Shown: in pieces, positions 38,821-48,650 of the stretch | Layout: every line of letters begins with the position of its first letter | Position numbering within the stretch: position 1 is the stretch's first letter | From: Candidatus Bathyarchaeota archaeon | Lineage (GTDB): Archaea; Thermoproteota; Bathyarchaeia; TCS64 | DNA: 64,000 nucleotides | Direction: 5' to 3' | Assembly (NCBI GenBank): GCA_963769425.1 | Contig: CAVYLP010000004.1 | Coordinates: 256,001 to 320,000 of the forward strand | Position numbers and translations under genes: made by a program | Notes under the pieces: model-generated | Databases searched by the model: none | Told to the model about the DNA's origin: nothing | The model's input: the letters and a program-made list of their open reading frames with translations, nothing else

Positions 38821-38947
38821 GATAGATAGGTGAACCCGAGACGACACAATGCGAACCACACCAGCGACCTTTTTCTGGTAGTTCGTCGAGTTCGTCTCAG
38901 CCCACTGGGCAATAGGGTCACCTGAAGAACCAAAAATCGATCGGTGA
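38821..38947 (+). promoter_or_regulatory. Riboswitch-like structured 5' leader
   Basis: Multi-stem fold downstream of TATA-like CTTATTAA; anti-SD TCACC in the P1 3' strand. Confidence 0.55.
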
Positions 38948-38952
38948 TTCTG

Positions 38953-39645
38953 TTGCTCATAGCATTCGACCTAGAGGGTACCTTGTTGGACGGCGAGCTC
39001 TTCCCAGAGATTGGAGAACGGTTGGGTCTAGGTGAAGAACTTCACACTATTACAAGGAACGCGATGAACGGCGATCTTCCATTCGAGGAAGCACTCACGA
39101 GGAGAACTGAATTGATACAGGGCATCTCTATGAGAAGCATCCGATCAATCGCTGAATCCATCCCCCTAACCTTAGGAGCGTTAGAGACCATCAATACACT
39201 TCGACAGATGGGCTTAACACCCGCCATAATCACGGGCGGCTTCGACTTCCTCGCAGAACCCATAGCGGAGCAACTTCAGATAGACTATGTCTACTCTAAC
39301 CACCTCGTCGAGGAACATGGGAGGGTATCCAACCTTAGGCCACCGTTAGTCACACCAAGAGTAAAGGCGGAGCACCTAAACAAACTTGCCATGAAACTCG
39401 GCACACCACTTATCCAGACTATCGCTGTTGGCGATGGTGCCAACGACATACCCATGCTCTGCGCCGCAGGCTTTGGAATAGCCTTCGATGCCCCGCCGAG
39501 GGTCAGGGAGACCGCACACGCCTCCGTGGACGGCGGCGACCTCCGTGGGATACTGCCACTCGTCGCCCGCCACCTCGACGGGAACAGACGCTACGCCGAG
39601 GTGCTGAGCCAATCCGCTGAACCATTATATGGCGAGTGGCCGTAG
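38953..39645 (+). CDS. serB: Phosphoserine phosphatase (HAD family)
   Basis: FDLEGT, TRNAMNG, TGGF and GDGAND motifs; TTG start after GGTGA. Confidence 0.85.
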   Translation: MLIAFDLEGTLLDGELFPEIGERLGLGEELHTITRNAMNGDLPFEEALTRRTELIQGISMRSIRSIAESIPLTLGALETINTLRQMGLTPAIITGGFDFLAEPIAEQLQIDYVYSNHLVEEHGRVSNLRPPLVTPRVKAEHLNKLAMKLGTPLIQTIAVGDGANDIPMLCAAGFGIAFDAPPRVRETAHASVDGGDLRGILPLVARHLDGNRRYAEVLSQSAEPLYGEWP

Positions 39646-40849
39646 ATCAACGTGTGATGCGATGGCAGAGAAGAATGAGGGCATAGGGCCCTCGACGAAG
39701 TGCGTGCACGTCGGCTCCGAGCCAGACCCGGCGTGGGGCGCGATTGTCCCCCCGATCTACCAGACGACGACGTACGCCGTGCCGAACGTCCCCGACCTCA
39801 TAGCTCGATATGCCCGCAAGAAGACTGGTTTCACCTACACAAGCACGGGCAACCCGACGCAGCGCGTCGCCGAGGTAAAGATAGCCGCCGTCGAGGGGGG
39901 TGAGGACGCCGCCGTCTTCAGCGCCGGCATGGCCGCAATCACCTCGACGATTACCAGCATCGTCACCCGAGGAGACGAGGTCATCGCCCCGAGGGAGCTC
40001 TACGGCGAGACCTTCCACTTCTTCCACCTCCTTGAGGAGAAGATGGGGATCAAGACCCATTACTTCGACACCACCAACGTGGGCGAGGTCGAGGGACTGA
40101 TCAACGGTAAGACAAGGCTCCTCTACCTCGAGACGCCGACAAACCCGACGCTCCGCCTCGTAGACATCGCCGAGGGGGTGCGGATAGCCAAGAGGCACGG
40201 CGTGACGACTGTGCTCGATAACACCTTCGCCTCTCCTATGAACCAGACGGGTATCGCCCTAGGCGTTGACGTCGTCGTCGAGAGCGCCACAAAGTCACTC
40301 TCCGGACACCACCAGGCCGTCTGCGGCGTCGCCGTCGGCACGAAGGATAGGATACGCGCCATAAAGTCGACCCGCGGTCTCTACGGGCAGACCCTCGACC
40401 CCTTCGCGGCGTGGCTCCTCGTCATGGGCATGCAGACAATGGCACTCCGTGTCGACAGGCAGAACTCCAACGCCCTCCAACTCGCCCAGTACCTAGAGGC
40501 GCACCCCAAGATCAGCCGCGTTCACTACCCCGGCCTACCCAGCCACCCCCAGCACGCCCTAGCGCTGCGTCAGATGCGCGGCTTCGGCGGCCTGCTCGCT
40601 TTCGAGGTCAAGGGCGGCCTCGATGAGGTGTCGGGGTTGTTTGACCACCTAAAGCTGGTGAAGCTGGCTACGAGCCTCGGAGGCGTCGACACAATCGCGA
40701 CGATCCCCTTCATCTCGACGCACGGCGACCTTAAGCCGGAGGAGAAGGCGAGGATGGGCATCACCCAGACTCTCATCCGCGTAAGCGTCGGCATCGAGGA
40801 CTTCACCGACCTTAGGAGGGACTTCGAGGAAGCCCTCTCCCAAGTCTAG
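39629..40849 (+). CDS. Cys/Met-metabolism PLP enzyme (cystathionine gamma-lyase/synthase or methionine gamma-lyase family)
   Basis: PPIYQTTTY, ETPTNP, DNTF, SATKSLSGH and SLGG motifs. Confidence 0.9.
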   Translation: MASGRRSTCDAMAEKNEGIGPSTKCVHVGSEPDPAWGAIVPPIYQTTTYAVPNVPDLIARYARKKTGFTYTSTGNPTQRVAEVKIAAVEGGEDAAVFSAGMAAITSTITSIVTRGDEVIAPRELYGETFHFFHLLEEKMGIKTHYFDTTNVGEVEGLINGKTRLLYLETPTNPTLRLVDIAEGVRIAKRHGVTTVLDNTFASPMNQTGIALGVDVVVESATKSLSGHHQAVCGVAVGTKDRIRAIKSTRGLYGQTLDPFAAWLLVMGMQTMALRVDRQNSNALQLAQYLEAHPKISRVHYPGLPSHPQHALALRQMRGFGGLLAFEVKGGLDEVSGLFDHLKLVKLATSLGGVDTIATIPFISTHGDLKPEEKARMGITQTLIRVSVGIEDFTDLRRDFEEALSQV

Positions 40850-40878
40850 CCATTTTTTTTTACCCTCAGCCGCCTCCT

Positions 40879-40909
40879 TTAACGCCGTTAAGTATATTAA
40901 CGGCGTTAA
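40879..40909. promoter_or_regulatory. Perfect inverted-repeat operator upstream of the HTH regulator
   Basis: TTAACGCCGTTAA-GTATA-TTAACGGCGTTAA. Confidence 0.75.
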
Positions 40910-40923
40910 TCGATTATGCGGCG

Positions 40924-41319
40924 ATGAAGCCTCCCTGCATGGTTGTGGTTCAGCACATCCTTCCTGCGCTCCGACTGGAGATCACGAGGGAGCTCGTGGA
41001 GAAGTACGGGATGAAGAGATCCGACGCCGCTGTAAAGATGGGGATCACACCAGCCGCTGTCACTCAGTACCTCAGCCGTGTCAGAGGTGGATCAGCTACA
41101 AATCTTCTCGAGGGTAACGGAAAGGTCATGGAGTTGGTCGACGAAATATCAAGGGACATCGCTGCAGGAGAGAGTCCCCTCGATGTCCTCCTATTAAAGC
41201 TGTGCAGAGCGTGCTCGGCTGCCCGCTCCGAGGGGTTAATTTGTAAGCTACACAGAGACTCGATGCCTGGTCTCACCGACTTGAAGGAATGCTCATGCTC
41301 CCTGAACCTAACCGGGTGA
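40924..41319 (+). CDS. Archaeal HTH transcriptional regulator with Cys-rich C-terminus
   Basis: MKPPC...LPALR, GITPAAVTQYLSRVRG, CRAC...ICKLH...CSC. Confidence 0.85.
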   Translation: MKPPCMVVVQHILPALRLEITRELVEKYGMKRSDAAVKMGITPAAVTQYLSRVRGGSATNLLEGNGKVMELVDEISRDIAAGESPLDVLLLKLCRACSAARSEGLICKLHRDSMPGLTDLKECSCSLNLTG

Positions 41320-41323
41320 ATAA

Positions 41324-41588
41324 TATGGAGACCAACCAATCTACCTTTGAATTGACCCCCGAGCTGGAAGAGGAGATCATGGAGATCAGTACCCGGAACC
41401 TAGTCGACTTCTACTCCGAGGACCTACGCAACATCAATGTACGACGCCTCACGGAGACTATTCCCCCTGGCGTATTGAGGCAACTCCGATTGCTTGGAAT
41501 AATTAACTCTCGTCGAACCTACAGGAATGGCAAGGTCCTCTACCTCACTGAAAAGGGTGAGTCAATTCTACGCGAGATCACTCCCTAG
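41324..41588 (+). CDS. Small wHTH-like protein
   Basis: LRLLGII...LYLTEKGESIL; likely start METNQ. Confidence 0.55.
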
Positions 41589-41673
41589 AATCATTCTCGC
41601 CATTATTCCTAAGCGATTAAATAAGTCAAAATAATATAAATAGGAGAATATCTACCAATGGGGCATCCCAGAG

Positions 41674-42191
41674 ATGGGAGGTAGAAACAACTCAAAACAA
41701 TCAGCTTAGAATCATTCAGCCTTGACCACACAAAGATCAAGGCTCCCTATGTCAGATTATCTAAGAGAATAGAAGTACCCGGAAGCGGCTACGAGATTTC
41801 AACCTTCGACTTCAGGCTCCGTACCCCGAACACGGAACTCCTCACGCCGAAAGTGGCTCACTCCCTTGAACATCTATTCGCGGTCGCCCTCAGGTCGGAG
41901 TGCGAGGAACACCAGAGCGACTTGAAGGTACTTGATGTCTCACCGATGGGCTGCAGGACCGGCTACTACCTAACCGTGCTCAATCCGACGGGTGCGCTCC
42001 CGCTGTCTCGGGCGACTGAGGCGGTGAGGGCAATGCTCCACGGAGCACTTGAGATCAAAGAACTGCCCGGCGCGCGCCTCGAGACCTGCGGCGCGTATAA
42101 GGAACATGATTTCGATGGTGCGAGGGCCGAGATAGCCCGACTCACGGAGGAGGAAATCGTGTCGCTGGATAAGCCGCCCCTGCTAACCTGA
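41674..42191 (+). CDS. luxS: S-ribosylhomocysteine lyase (5' indel near 41685)
   Basis: In-frame ESFSLDHTKIKAPYVR...FDFRLRTPN...HSLEH...SPMGCRTGYY...CG. Confidence 0.88.
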
Positions 42192-42234
42192 CCGGCGTTA
42201 AGCTTACACGCGCGGATGCATTCAATACCTCAAC

Positions 42235-42546
42235 ATGGTAAAGAAGGCGATCCAGATAGACGAGAAGGACAACGTCGCCACGACAACCAGTGAGGTGGAG
42301 GCGGGGGAGCATCTCCAGGTCATAAGCCCAGATGGAGAGGTGATACTCGAGCCCAGAGTCTCCGAGCCCATCCCCTTCGGTCACAAACTCGCAATCAAAC
42401 CCATAGAGAAGGGTGAGAACATCGTCAAATACGGCGAGGTGATAGGCGTGGCGACCCAGCCAATAAAATCTGGTGCATGGGTTAACACACACAACGTCGG
42501 AAGCGCTCGTATGCCGACGAGCGGCAAGGAGGCGGGCATACTGTGA
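42235..42546 (+). CDS. UxaA/SuyA-type SAF-domain small subunit
   Basis: DNVAT, IPFGHK, KYGEVIG and HN motifs. Confidence 0.88.
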   Translation: MVKKAIQIDEKDNVATTTSEVEAGEHLQVISPDGEVILEPRVSEPIPFGHKLAIKPIEKGENIVKYGEVIGVATQPIKSGAWVNTHNVGSARMPTSGKEAGIL

Positions 42547-43719
42547 CTCAATTCATGGGCTACCAGCGCCCCGACAAGTCGGTGGGAGTCAGAAACCACC
42601 TACTCGTCCTCGCCCCAATCGACTGCAGCTTCGAGCCCGCGAAGAAGATAGCCGCGCAGGTCAACGGTGCCGTTGCCGTCACCCAATACCACGGCTGCGG
42701 TAACGACCCAGTCATCGCCAATAACCTAGTCGGGACTGCCCTCAACCCGAACGTCGCCGCAGTCCTAGTCCTGGGACTGGGGTGCGAGTCTCTAACAGTC
42801 GATACAGTCGCGGATGGTGTCAAGCCTAGTGGTAAACCAGTTGAGACACTAGTCATCCAGCAAGAGGGCGGGACCCTCAAGACTCAGGAGAAGGCTGTCC
42901 GCGTACTTCAGCGATGGGCGCAGGAAGTAGCCGAATACAAACCCGAGCCCTTCCCGCTGAGCAAGCTTAACCCTCGCTGTCGAGTGCGGCGGAAGCGACG
43001 CTACAAGTGGCCTCGCCGCCAACCCCGCCGTCGGAGTCGCCTGCGATAAACTCATCGACGAGGGCGGTACAGTCATCTTCAGCGAGCCGCAGGAGATGAT
43101 CGGAACACAGCAAGTCCTCGCCCGCAGGGCCGTGAACAAGCAGGTCGCCGCGGACGTCTACAAGATGATCGATCAAGACGAGGAGCGCCTCAAAGCGATA
43201 GGCGTCGACAGTAGGTGGATGAGCGCAGGAAACATAGACGGCGGCCTCACAACCATCGAGGAGAAGAGCCTCGGCGCCATCAGGAAGGGGGGAACTCGCC
43301 CCATCCAGGGAGTCTTGCAGAACAACTGGGAACGCTTCGACCGCCCTACGCGAGCCGGACTCTGGCTTCAAGACGGTACAGGGTGGGACGTCCCATCCGT
43401 CACCCACATGGTCGCCGCCGGTGCACAAGTAGTCTGCTTCACCAGCGGACAGGGTAGCACAACAGGCCACGCCATCGCCCCAGTCATCAAAATCACAGGC
43501 AACCCCGTCACATACCAGCAGATGGAGGACAACATGGACATAAACGCCGGAACCATCCTCGACGGCTCAGAGAGCCTCAACAGCGTCGGCCAGCGCATCT
43601 ACCAAACCATCATCGACACAGCCAATGGAAGGAAGACGAAAGCCGAGGCCCTCGGCTTCACAGACTATATAGTGTTCTGTAGGAGCAGAGCAGCCGAGCA
43701 CATGCTCGGCCACTGCTAA
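42543..43719 (+). CDS. UxaA/SuyB-family dehydratase or sulfo-lyase large subunit (frameshift near 42970)
   Basis: GVRN, HGCG, LGCE, ECGGSD (shifted frame), GN-x2-GGLTTIEEKSLG. Confidence 0.85.
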
Positions 43720-43739
43720 ATACTTATTCTTTTAATAAA

Positions 43740-44216
43740 TTAGTTGTCGGCGAGTACGACGTCGTCGTACTCCTTCTCGATCTTGAGCTTATGCCCCTGT
43801 TCCATCTTGGCGAAGTCGGCCCACATCTTCCCCAGTGGATGCGCGGAGTAAGCCTTGGAGAGAGCCGTGTAGAAGTCGACAGCAGTCTGCTCACTCTTAG
43901 CCGCGAAGATGAGGGTGTCCTGATACGATGCATCAGTGCTGAGGGGTGCCACCTTGAGCGGGTCTGAGATGTGGAGGTCCATTACCTTCTTCAGGTCGCT
44001 ACCCTTTGCTTCGTTCATCACCTTCTTCGGGTCCTTGAGGGCCATCTCGAAGTATGCCTTGTGTTTCGACTCGTCTCCGGCGAGTTCCTTGAGGAGCTGC
44101 TTGGAGCCGGGGTTCTTGACATTCTTCGATGTCTCGGTGTAGAGGTTGTAAGCGCCCGTCTCCATGGTAATGCCGACTTTGAGGGCCTTCTCGACCGTCC
44201 ATCCGTCGATGCTCAT
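43740..44216 (-). CDS. Rubrerythrin/ferritin-like protein
   Basis: Duplicated E...Y...E-x2-H di-iron motifs. Confidence 0.85.
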   Translation of the reverse strand: MSIDGWTVEKALKVGITMETGAYNLYTETSKNVKNPGSKQLLKELAGDESKHKAYFEMALKDPKKVMNEAKGSDLKKVMDLHISDPLKVAPLSTDASYQDTLIFAAKSEQTAVDFYTALSKAYSAHPLGKMWADFAKMEQGHKLKIEKEYDDVVLADN

Positions 44217-44301
44217 GTTGATCTGGGTATCCAACGGAGAGTACAATATAAAAATAGTTCATAAAGTCGAGTTGGTTTAAATGGGTCTTCCTTAGTTAGG
44301 G

Positions 44302-45201
44302 CTACGACTCTATGTAGGTCGCGACCCTACAGCTCTTAGGGAGGAAGGAGTAGAGCCTCTGGCGGGACTGGTCGAAGGCGAATGTTCCCGCTCCCTCCTC
44401 CGTCTTAACCTGATTCACCACCTTCATCTCGACGAGGTCTATGGTGGCTAGGAGGCCCGGCTTCGGGAGGGCGCAGTAGAGGAACTTTCTACGAGCGTTT
44501 AGCCAAGTCACATCCGGCTCTCCATCTATCTTAGTCCTGCAGGTCTCAGTCCCCTTCTCCAAGTCCATGGCCACGATGGCGCCACCGTCACAGGCTATGT
44601 ACGCCTCCCTTCCATCGGCGCTCAGGTCGAGCCCGTGTGGGCCAGGGACCTTGATCGGGACCACCGGGGAGACGTCCCCGTTCCTAGGCGATAGGGTCAC
44701 GTACCCAGCTGGATCACGCAGGTTTATCACGAATCTATCCAAATAATCCGAGTAACAGCACCAGCGAGGCCTCCCAGGGAGCCTCGACACCTTCAGGACC
44801 TCCCCCCTCTCCGGATCCACAAGCCGCGCATGAAGGTCCGCAATATCCGCCACCATGAGGACGCCGTGGTCGTCATCCCAAGCCATACCATTCGGCCTCG
44901 AACCAACCTGAATGGTCTTCGACACCGTCCCCTTCGCAGCATGTATGACAAGCACCTTCCCAGTCCCCCTCGAAGCAGCGAAGACCAGACCATCAGCCTG
45001 AGCGCAGACCACACCACTCCCCTCTGGGCAACCCGGTATCGTCTTCTGGAGCGTACCCTTGAGGCCATCCACGACCTCGACAGTCCCGTTGGCAGTGTGA
45101 GCGACGTAGACGAAGCCGTTCGACAGGTAGACGTCCCCGTGGTCGAACCCGCCCCCTGTGTGCGGCGGCATCGCCACGTAGCGTTCGAGTTTAAGAACCA
45201 C
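44302..45201 (-). CDS. YncE-family beta-propeller protein
   Basis: GGFDH and repeated propeller blades. Confidence 0.75.
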   Translation of the reverse strand: MVLKLERYVAMPPHTGGGFDHGDVYLSNGFVYVAHTANGTVEVVDGLKGTLQKTIPGCPEGSGVVCAQADGLVFAASRGTGKVLVIHAAKGTVSKTIQVGSRPNGMAWDDDHGVLMVADIADLHARLVDPERGEVLKVSRLPGRPRWCCYSDYLDRFVINLRDPAGYVTLSPRNGDVSPVVPIKVPGPHGLDLSADGREAYIACDGGAIVAMDLEKGTETCRTKIDGEPDVTWLNARRKFLYCALPKPGLLATIDLVEMKVVNQVKTEEGAGTFAFDQSRQRLYSFLPKSCRVATYIES

Positions 45202-45293
45202 GTACCCTTCTCAGCGCGTGAGAATATAGTTCTTATCCCGCCCAGCAGCTGCACGCAAGGCAATATAAGAGACCCCTGCCCCTGAGACTAGGC

Positions 45294-46109
45294 GTGAAGC
45301 ACAAGGGGAGCCCCCGAGTCGAGATAGTCGCAACCGGGGACGAGCTCATTTACGGCCGCATCCTGGACACAAACAGCAACTGGCTCGCAAAGCGCATCGC
45401 TGAGATGGGTGCAGAGCTTCGCCGAGTCACCATGGTCGGAGACGACTACGATGACATGAGGGACGCCCTCTTCGGAGCCCTCGACAGGGACGCCGAGATA
45501 ATCATATTCACAGGCGGCCTCGGCCCATCCGAGGACGACTTCACCGTCGACGCCCTTGGCCGCGCCCTCAACAAGGCGGTGGTCACGGACCCAGTTGGGG
45601 TCCAGAAGATCAAGGAGATCTACGAGCGACGGGGGAGCGATATGAAGCGCGGAGCCCGCATGGCGCGCATACTGGAGGGAAGCGTGGGGATACAGAACCA
45701 CGTTGGTATGAGCGTTGGAATGAAGCTCCTCATCAACGGGAAGCTCCTCTTCACCCTACCCGGCGTCCCCCAGGAGATGCAGGGGATGTTCGACGAACAT
45801 ATAGCACCCGTCGTCGAGGCGGAGGCGAAGCACAAGCTCCTCGGACACACCTACGGCGTCTCCATGGTGTGGAAAGACTTCTTCCCCCTCTATACACAAC
45901 TACAGATCGACTACCCCGAGATCTACATAAAAAACGCCGCGACTCCACCCGAGGCGGAGGAGGAGCGTGCCAAAGTCAAGGAGGTCAAGGTGGACATAGT
46001 CGTTCAGGGCACCACCAAGAGGGAGGCGGAGGAGAAAATGGAGGCCTTCATGGCCGAATATAAGCGCCGCGTCGACGCCGCCGGCGGTGGAGTCATCCGC
46101 CGAATCTAG
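45294..46109 (+). CDS. CinA-like molybdopterin-binding-domain protein
   Basis: GDELIYGRILDTN, TGGLGPSEDD and LPGVPQEM motifs. Confidence 0.88.
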   Translation: MKHKGSPRVEIVATGDELIYGRILDTNSNWLAKRIAEMGAELRRVTMVGDDYDDMRDALFGALDRDAEIIIFTGGLGPSEDDFTVDALGRALNKAVVTDPVGVQKIKEIYERRGSDMKRGARMARILEGSVGIQNHVGMSVGMKLLINGKLLFTLPGVPQEMQGMFDEHIAPVVEAEAKHKLLGHTYGVSMVWKDFFPLYTQLQIDYPEIYIKNAATPPEAEEERAKVKEVKVDIVVQGTTKREAEEKMEAFMAEYKRRVDAAGGGVIRRI

Positions 46110-46155
46110 TCCCGAAACATTTTACATCCACGCGGAGACTTCTCAGCCGACCTGT

Positions 46156-46353
46156 ATGCTGTTCCGCGTCTACCTGGAGAAGGAGCTGATAATGGAGGGG
46201 GTCAGGCTCGTTAAGGGGACCCCGGAGGGTGTCGCGATTAAGGATGATAAGGGGGTCTCGCGGGTCCTCGACGGCGTCTACGTCGCCGAGGTGGAGGGAG
46301 TGGCGGGCTACGTCACTCTCCGCCGCGCTGCAGGAGGGGCCCGAGGCTCCTGA
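46156..46353 (+). CDS. Small CooT-like (Sm-fold-like) protein
   Basis: ELIMEGV pattern; lacks the N-terminal Cys. Confidence 0.4.
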   Translation: MLFRVYLEKELIMEGVRLVKGTPEGVAIKDDKGVSRVLDGVYVAEVEGVAGYVTLRRAAGGARGS

Positions 46354-47857
46354 ACTCTTCGCCCCTGAAATAGGCGTTAAGTTTCGTAGGTAGTTCTTCG
46401 ACGTGGATGTTGACTTGTTCCCAGCTGTCCCTGTCCCTGAGAGTCAGGATGTCCTTCTCCATTGTCGTATAGTCAATGGTGACGGCGAGTGGTGTGCCTA
46501 CCTCGTCCTGGCGGGCGTATCGGCGCCCAATGCTGCCACCGTCGTCGAATATGGCCCTGTAGCCCCCCGCTAAGACTATGTCGTAGACGGTCATCGCCTT
46601 CTCGGGGAGCCCATCCTTTGTGACTAGGGGCTGCACGGAGACCTGGTAGGGGGCGAGGTTCCTCGGGAAGTGGAGGATGTTCCTCTTCTCCTTCCCAGTT
46701 TCCCGCTGCTCCCACACTGTTTCCATGGCGACGAATGTGAGTCGATCGAGGCCGTAGCTTGGTTCGATGACGTGGGGGATGAACCGGGTACCGTCCTTGC
46801 GGAGCACCGACATGTCGACGCCGCTGCCCTTCTGATGGGCGTTGAGGTCGTAGTCCGTCCTGTTGGCGTGGCCGGCGACCTCGATCCAGCCCCAGCTCTT
46901 GGTCTGGACCTCGTGGTCGAACGTCTGGCTACTGTAGTGACTCCTCTCCTGGGGGAGGTGGGCGCGGAACTGCTGCCTCTCCGGCGGGACTCCGAGGCCC
47001 TCCATGAAGCGTTTGCCGATGCCCATGAAGTAGCCCTGCCACTCCGTGAGGATGAGCTTCTTCTCAACGGCCTCCCTAACGGTGACCTCTATGGGTTCCT
47101 TGACTCCCTTCTCCTCCATCTCCTCAGTGATGAGACGGACTTTCTCCCCCTCAACGTCCTTTAACCATAAACATGTAGGGTTGAGGGGGTCGAAGAAGAG
47201 CTCAAGCTCCATTATCGTGAACTCGCGAAGCCTATGCATGCCGCGGCGAGGGCTGACCTCGTTCCTCATCACCTTTCCCTGCTGGCTTATCGCGAAGGGG
47301 ATCCGCTCCCTGTTGGCCTGGTAGCAGCGCTTGAAGTTGGTGAACATGCCCTGGGCCGCCTCGGGGCGCATGTAGCCCACCTCGGCGCCAGTGGCCCCGA
47401 TCTGGGTCTGGAACATGGTGAGGACGAGCGTCGGCTCCTTGAGGGCGCCCCCGCAGACCGGGCACTTGATGTTGTTCTCGACGAGCAGTCTCTTGATCGC
47501 GTCCCCGCCCTGTGCCTCGACGTGCTCCATCCCCGTCTTCTCCTCGATGAGGTGGTCAGCGCGGAAGCCTCTACCGCACTGGCTGCACGTCGTCGCGTAC
47601 TCTTTGAAGTTGGCGAGGTGGCCGCTAGCCTCGAAGACCTTGCTGCTGTTCACTATCGGGTCCTCGATCTCGAAGAAGCCCTGCCTCCTGACGAAGTGCT
47701 CCCTCCAGAGGGCCTCGATGTTGCGCTTGAGCTTCACACCCGCGTCCCCGTAGGTGGTGAAGCCCGCTATGTTGCCGTATATCTCGAAGCTCGGCCAGAA
47801 GAAGCCGCGGCGCTTGGCGACCTCGGTGATGGTCTCGTAGATGTTGCCAGTGGACAT
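46313..47857 (-). CDS. glyS: Glycine--tRNA ligase (archaeal/eukaryal type)
   Basis: KRRGF, SGH, RPEAAQG, RNEVSPR, VIEPSYG and SIGRRYARQDE motifs. Confidence 0.95.
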   Translation of the reverse strand: MSTGNIYETITEVAKRRGFFWPSFEIYGNIAGFTTYGDAGVKLKRNIEALWREHFVRRQGFFEIEDPIVNSSKVFEASGHLANFKEYATTCSQCGRGFRADHLIEEKTGMEHVEAQGGDAIKRLLVENNIKCPVCGGALKEPTLVLTMFQTQIGATGAEVGYMRPEAAQGMFTNFKRCYQANRERIPFAISQQGKVMRNEVSPRRGMHRLREFTIMELELFFDPLNPTCLWLKDVEGEKVRLITEEMEEKGVKEPIEVTVREAVEKKLILTEWQGYFMGIGKRFMEGLGVPPERQQFRAHLPQERSHYSSQTFDHEVQTKSWGWIEVAGHANRTDYDLNAHQKGSGVDMSVLRKDGTRFIPHVIEPSYGLDRLTFVAMETVWEQRETGKEKRNILHFPRNLAPYQVSVQPLVTKDGLPEKAMTVYDIVLAGGYRAIFDDGGSIGRRYARQDEVGTPLAVTIDYTTMEKDILTLRDRDSWEQVNIHVEELPTKLNAYFRGEEFRSLGPLLQRGGE

Positions 47858-47909
47858 GCCCTTTCAGCCCTAAACGAATCTGCGGGTGCAAAATATAAAG
47901 GGGGCGGGG

Positions 47910-48614
47910 CTAGGCCGCCGCGGCGGAGCGCAGGAGGCCCGTTATCATCGGGTGCGGGCGCTCGTGGGTGGAGGTGGCTTGCGGGACGAAGAGTGTGGCG
48001 AAGAAGAATCTAGCCTTGGGGAGCTCGAGTATCCTGACCTCCCCGCCGGCGTCGAGGCCGGAGACGCGAAGACCCGCCTTCTCTACATCTCCCCTCCGGG
48101 CTGGGTTCAAGCCGTAGTTGCAGTAGAACTTCTCCCTGATGGTCGGCGCCCCGTAGACTTTTGAGGCCCGCGTCCCGGCTAGGACCTTCACCTCCTCTAC
48201 CTTCCCGACGAGTGAGCAGGTGAGGGGAGTTACGAAGAGGTTGGAGGCGTCAGGGTGCTCCTCCGCGTGCTCCGCGTCCTCGATGCCCATGACATTTCTC
48301 GCGAACTCGATGATGGCGTGCTGGCAACCCCCGCAGGTGCCGATGAAGGGGCGGTCATTCTCCCTAGCGAACCTGATCCCGTTCAGGGCGCCTTCAGTGC
48401 TCTTGTAGGGGCTCCCCGGGGCGCAGAGGAACGCGTCGAACCGATCCATCTTTCCCTCAGCGTCCACCTCCAGCGAGGGCGTGGGGAGCCACTCGACATC
48501 CACGCCTAAACCGATTAGGTCCGCCGAGTGCCTGAAGGCATCATTCGTGGCTGTATGTGTCTCGTAGGTTGCCCGAAAATCGCCGATGACTCCAACGCTA
48601 AGCTTCTTTGGCAT
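47910..48614 (-). CDS. Stand-alone CTP-synthase-like glutamine amidotransferase domain
   Basis: PGSPY, GTCGG, CNYG and ATLFVPQ motifs. Confidence 0.8.
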   Translation of the reverse strand: MPKKLSVGVIGDFRATYETHTATNDAFRHSADLIGLGVDVEWLPTPSLEVDAEGKMDRFDAFLCAPGSPYKSTEGALNGIRFARENDRPFIGTCGGCQHAIIEFARNVMGIEDAEHAEEHPDASNLFVTPLTCSLVGKVEEVKVLAGTRASKVYGAPTIREKFYCNYGLNPARRGDVEKAGLRVSGLDAGGEVRILELPKARFFFATLFVPQATSTHERPHPMITGLLRSAAAA

Positions 48615-48650
48615 ACGAGGCTGTGAGCCGCGACGCGTATAAGCGTTTGG

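Noticed and set aside
42960-42990. Programmed frameshifting in uxaA-like and other split genes
   Set aside because: No slippery heptamer or stimulatory structure; the window-wide indel pattern points to sequencing error
47910-48614. Selenoprotein form of the CTP-synthase-like GATase
   Set aside because: The catalytic position is an ordinary Cys codon and the ORF is uninterrupted
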